From Candidatus Atabeyarchaeum deiterrae (GTDB lineage: Archaea > Asgardarchaeota > Atabeyarchaeia > Atabeyarchaeales > Atabeyarchaeaceae), in contig CP147780.1 of the NCBI GenBank assembly GCA_037310415.1, positions 2,112,001-2,176,000 on the forward strand: 64,000 bases of DNA, in the 5' to 3' direction. A program made the translations under genes and the position numbers. Below, one piece after another: positions 60,145 through 64,000 of the stretch (the first letter of the stretch is position 1; each line of letters begins with the position of its first letter). The notes beneath the pieces were generated by a model. The model was given only the letters and a program-made list of their open reading frames with translations, was not told the DNA's origin and made no database searches.

Positions 60145-61461
60145 TCAAACATTGTGCTTTAGGGGGCGCCCGCGTGGAAGCAGAGTCAAACCGATGAATA
60201 GGCTAATTGCCAGCAAACCTCCTGAGAAAGCGAACATTGCACCTTGCCCGTACAACATAACAATGAACCCGGCTGCAATCGCTCCTATCGAGTTTCCAAG
60301 AATTGTAAGAGTGTTGAAGAATCCCGAAGCGTTGCCTTTCACCTCTTTCGGAACGAGATCCAGAATCAATGCGGACAGTGGTGTCTGGGCAATAGCCACT
60401 CCAAGAAGCCCCGCTATTATTACGGGTGGGAGGAGAGAATTGGATATGAATGGAACAGCGATAAACCATGGAACTGCTATGATCAGACCAGCAACTATGG
60501 GTCTCCTTCTTCCTTGGCGGTCAGACCATACGCCCGAGCCGAGAGCACCGACAAAGAATACTATGATTCCTGGAATGAAAAAGATCAGTGCTTGACCCAA
60601 ACTTAGACCAAGCTCTTGTTGCAAGAAAATCGGTGCGAAGGCAAAGAAAGACCCCATTGTGAAACTTGTCGTCATCGCAATAATACAGGTCTCAAAGAAT
60701 CCCTTTGTTCTGTAGAATTTCCGACCACGAAGATCCTTGTCGGGGGTGCTCTCCTTCTCGTGATTCTCGACAGTACCGCTTGGAGACTCGATGGGTTTTA
60801 TCACTCCCGTTCTAGTGGGGCTAAATTGAGTCGCCACGCTAGCTCCAATAGTCACGCATTTGGATGGCAGAGTTTCTCTCAGGAAGGCAACCAATACAAT
60901 TGCTGCCATGAATCCTAATGCTGAAGCGATGTAGAAAGGCAAAATGTAGCCAAACAAGGCGGCCACGACGCCTCCCACGGGTATTCCAACTATAGTTCCG
61001 ATCAAGTAGACTATTGAGAACCAAGCCATGGCAGTGCCTCTTCTTTCACTTGGAAAGATGTCGCCCAAACACGCCTGGATGACAGAGACCACCGCACCGG
61101 TAGCCTGTATTGCGCGGAACAGGATGAATTGATAGATGTTTTGGGCTAAGCCGACCATCAAAGCTCCTGTAGCGTAGATAAAGCCTGAGACTATTAGGAT
61201 GCCGCGCCTTCCAATTCTATCAGAAAGTCTGCCAAGAGGGATTTGAGTCGAAGCTTGGACTATCCCAAAAACGCCTATGGCCAATCCAATAAGTATCGGA
61301 GCATTCGCTAAACCGCCTGCCATTTGAGGTGAGTCAAGATAATATGGCATGCTGAGAGAGTAGAAGTTCATTCCTAGATTCCGGACGAGTTCGCTTAGCA
61401 GTAGGCTGAATGTTGCTACCTTTAGGCGGCGGTCGTTTATGTAGAGCTTCATTGTCATCAT
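60145..61461 (-). CDS. MFS transporter
   Basis: GRLSDRIGRR and WSDRQGRRR motif A; ~12 TM segments. Confidence 0.92.
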   Translation of the reverse strand: MMTMKLYINDRRLKVATFSLLLSELVRNLGMNFYSLSMPYYLDSPQMAGGLANAPILIGLAIGVFGIVQASTQIPLGRLSDRIGRRGILIVSGFIYATGALMVGLAQNIYQFILFRAIQATGAVVSVIQACLGDIFPSERRGTAMAWFSIVYLIGTIVGIPVGGVVAALFGYILPFYIASALGFMAAIVLVAFLRETLPSKCVTIGASVATQFSPTRTGVIKPIESPSGTVENHEKESTPDKDLRGRKFYRTKGFFETCIIAMTTSFTMGSFFAFAPIFLQQELGLSLGQALIFFIPGIIVFFVGALGSGVWSDRQGRRRPIVAGLIIAVPWFIAVPFISNSLLPPVIIAGLLGVAIAQTPLSALILDLVPKEVKGNASGFFNTLTILGNSIGAIAAGFIVMLYGQGAMFAFSGGLLAISLFIGLTLLPRGRPLKHNV

Positions 61462-61743
61462 GCCGGTAGCGCTGTGTCTCTGAATCTTATGTCAGCTATG
61501 ATGCATTGTTCAACCTTAAAAGCATTCAGATGTGACCGCGCGGAACAACGCTTCCGAGTTTCCCTCGATCAGACAGTTCCTTAAAATGAATCGGGGGGAC
61601 ATGCTTCAATCAAGCGGAACCAAACGTCGTTGACGGTTTGGCTCTTTCGCGAGAACAAAAAGTTTCTGAATATGCGTGGCCAGCCACTAGAATGGACCAT
61701 TTTTCAAGAGTCCACTTGTTTGTCCTCCTTATCAGTCACGTAT

Positions 61744-62679
61744 TCAGATCTTAAGTAGGGTTTTTGCGTTCTTGAACATGATCTGGTCCTTGTCTCCAGC
61801 AGTGAAGTTCTGATACCCTGACTCTTTCATGAATGGCGGAATGGCAAGGTGTTGCATCTTCGTGACCAGCGTCTTGTTGTCCATCGCTGGTTTAAGTAAA
61901 GGCCAGTCGCTTCCAAACATGACCTTCTTCGGGAACATGTTCATGGCCACCCTCAGGTCCTGAATGAACTTAAGCGGGTTATAGGTCAGCATTGTTTGGG
62001 CCGTGGACGAGATGTCAGTGTAAATAGCGGGACGTCTCTGGCAGAGAGTAAGCAACTCTTCTGTCCAAGGGTTACCAAGATGTGCGGCAATTATCTTCAG
62101 ATCGGGGTACTTTGCTCCCACGTCATCAAGATGTATTGGCTGAGTGAACTTGGCAAGCAATGGTCCAAAGATGAACCCAGTGTGGGTCATAATTGGAACT
62201 CCCAGTTCCATTGCCTTATCGTAGAGCCCCTTCATTACGGACATGTCACTTGGGTAGTATCCCGCAGTTGGGTGAAGTTTCAGTCCCTTCATTCCCCACT
62301 CTTTGACACCTTGCTCTAACAGTTTGACTGCTTTCTCCCCGCGTCTCGGGTCTACTGCGACGAATCCGATTAGTCTGTCAGGGTATTGACTAACAGCATT
62401 AGCAACGTATTTGTTCGCGTCCTCTATTGAAACTTTGAAGTCCTCCAATGCTAGTCCCCAGTCAACGGTGAAGACGACGCTCTTGTCTATCCCCGCTTGA
62501 TCCATGTCCCTGATCAGGATCTCAGGTGTAGCGTTTACCATCTCTTTGACCATGGGGGACTGCATTATGACCTCAGGTGGAATACCCAGAGCGGAACCGA
62601 TGACTTTCGCATAGTGGATCCAAGTTTTCTCAGTCATGGCGCCCTTGGGAAACAGATGAGTGTGCATGTCAATTATCAT
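61744..62679 (-). CDS. Amidohydrolase_2 family protein
   Basis: IDMHTH, GLKLHP, HTG, AHLG, FGSDWP. Confidence 0.92.
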   Translation of the reverse strand: MIIDMHTHLFPKGAMTEKTWIHYAKVIGSALGIPPEVIMQSPMVKEMVNATPEILIRDMDQAGIDKSVVFTVDWGLALEDFKVSIEDANKYVANAVSQYPDRLIGFVAVDPRRGEKAVKLLEQGVKEWGMKGLKLHPTAGYYPSDMSVMKGLYDKAMELGVPIMTHTGFIFGPLLAKFTQPIHLDDVGAKYPDLKIIAAHLGNPWTEELLTLCQRRPAIYTDISSTAQTMLTYNPLKFIQDLRVAMNMFPKKVMFGSDWPLLKPAMDNKTLVTKMQHLAIPPFMKESGYQNFTAGDKDQIMFKNAKTLLKI

Positions 62680-63079
62680 GGCTTTTCACCACATCAGTCA
62701 AGCTTGACTTCTTTCCTTCCTTTCTCCGTAAGACAAAAAAGAAATGGGCAGGTACCTAGACTCCCCGATGTTCCTCCCAGCCAAGGATCTCTCTTTTGCA
62801 GGTCAATCCCCAACAGCATAGTGTGAGGATCTTAGCAACTCATGTCGACTGGAGTACTCATTCAGCGAGACCCTAGGGATTGGCTGGCGCTGGTTTTCCG
62901 CCCTCTGCTGGCTTCTCCTGCTTCTTCTTCTTCCCTCTATTTATGTAATGATCCATCTTTTTGTTTTTGCCCATATTCATCTCCAAAGAGGATATACACA
63001 ATCGTGCTCTTAACGGTAACGCAGTAGCCTTAAAATCCATCTTATTCACACTGTTCTATTTGCCTGGAGGAGGCGCCCC

Positions 63080-64000
63080 ATGGGACAGGTCAAACTTAAG
63101 GGTATCGATTTACTCCCTACGTACAGATGCACTTCTCGATGCAGGCACTGCACCTATAGATCATCCCCGCAGCTCACGGGAGAAATGGAATCCACCGATG
63201 CCAAAAGATACGTCGAAGACGCCGCTCAAAACGGTATTGAGTGGATCTGGGTTGGTGGAGGTGAGCCGTTCCTGTGTCGCGACCTTCTGCCGGATGTGGC
63301 CCTCGCCGCAAAGGAATTCAACATTCCTGATGTTTACATGGTTACCAATGCCTATTGGGCGAAGACAAATGAAGAGGCTCTTGGCGAGCTACGGTTATTG
63401 AAAGAGGTTGGCATGACCGTGCTCGGCATCAGTATCGATGCCTTCCACCAAGAGAACATTCCCCTCGAACATGTACGGAACCTTCTGGCAGCAGCTAACA
63501 AGGTTGGTCTCAAAAGGATTGAGGTCTCGGGTCAGTTCCTCGGCTCAATTGACTTTGACATTGGATTCAATCGGACAACTGAGAAGAATCTTAAGCTACT
63601 TGAGGAAGAAGGTTACTTCGAAGGTGTAACGGCAAAGAGAGAAGTTCTAAGACTGACAGGTCGAGCAGCAGACATGCTATCCACGTATTTACCTGCAAAA
63701 AGCGAAGAGGAGCTAAAAGATGGAAAGTGTGATCTCACCTGGCTACCTGTCGAAAGCCACAAGAAACTAAATGCGGTTGAAATCGATTGGCAAGGAAACG
63801 TTACAACATGTCCCGGGATATGCATCGGTAACGCTAGAAAGAAAGGTCTCTCAAAGATACTCGAAGATTATGATTACAGGGAGCATCCAATCATAAAGAC
63901 GATAGTAGATGAAGGACCTTATGGACTCCTTCAGCAAGCGAAGAGAAACGGTTACACGACGATGAAGAAGATGTACGTTGATGCCTGTCACATGTGTTAC
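63080..64000 (+). CDS. Radical SAM/SPASM-twitch protein (YydG/EpeE-like), 3'-truncated by the window; not in the ORF track
   Basis: My translation: MGQVK...CTSRCRHC...GGGEPF...TNAYWA...SIDAFHQ...GRA...CPGICIGN...DACHMCY; GGAGG SD upstream. Confidence 0.88.
   Translation, partial: MGQVKLKGIDLLPTYRCTSRCRHCTYRSSPQLTGEMESTDAKRYVEDAAQNGIEWIWVGGGEPFLCRDLLPDVALAAKEFNIPDVYMVTNAYWAKTNEEALGELRLLKEVGMTVLGISIDAFHQENIPLEHVRNLLAAANKVGLKRIEVSGQFLGSIDFDIGFNRTTEKNLKLLEEEGYFEGVTAKREVLRLTGRAADMLSTYLPAKSEEELKDGKCDLTWLPVESHKKLNAVEIDWQGNVTTCPGICIGNARKKGLSKILEDYDYREHPIIKTIVDEGPYGLLQQAKRNGYTTMKKMYVDACHMCY

Noticed and set aside
62961-63629. Track ORFs 62961..63401 and 63438..63629
   Set aside because: They are alternative frames over the real radical SAM gene starting at 63080
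1-64000. tRNA, rRNA, CRISPR arrays, IS elements or integrases
   Set aside because: No T-loop consensus in intergenic DNA, no regular repeat-spacer pattern, and no transposase or integrase motifs seen by eye

Overview
Gene-dense archaeal chromosomal segment, very probably from an Asgard archaeon. This is inferred from a Rag/Gtr-type small GTPase, a longin-domain protein, V4R, a roadblock-like protein, archaeal SD sites (GGAGGTGA/GGTGA) and BRE-TATA promoters. I found no rRNA, tRNA, CRISPR array or intact mobile element. Main blocks: (1) a TrmB-type protein with a ~900-aa coiled-coil insert, next to a small GTPase; (2) a methylmalonyl-CoA cluster (split mutase, epimerase, BirA, acyl-CoA carboxyltransferase, pyruvate carboxyltransferase, BCCP) with no biotin carboxylase in the window, which fits a transcarboxylase; (3) the most unusual locus, 25.2-33 kb, with two tandem paralogous TerB-like/double-Lrp-HTH proteins followed by four KaiC/RAD55-like RecA-fold proteins in A-B-A'-B' order, all with Walker A Lys replaced by Thr and the KxR arginine missing, a candidate duplicated pseudo-ATPase signalling module; (4) a GH94-like enzyme, stomatin, an ABC-2 exporter and an anion-transport cluster with an EamA-Lrp/AsnC fusion; (5) housekeeping and accessory genes including Thg1, THUMP, a GDGT-ring-synthase-like radical SAM and a truncated YydG-like radical SAM. 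All family calls come from motif recognition by eye, not from database searches.
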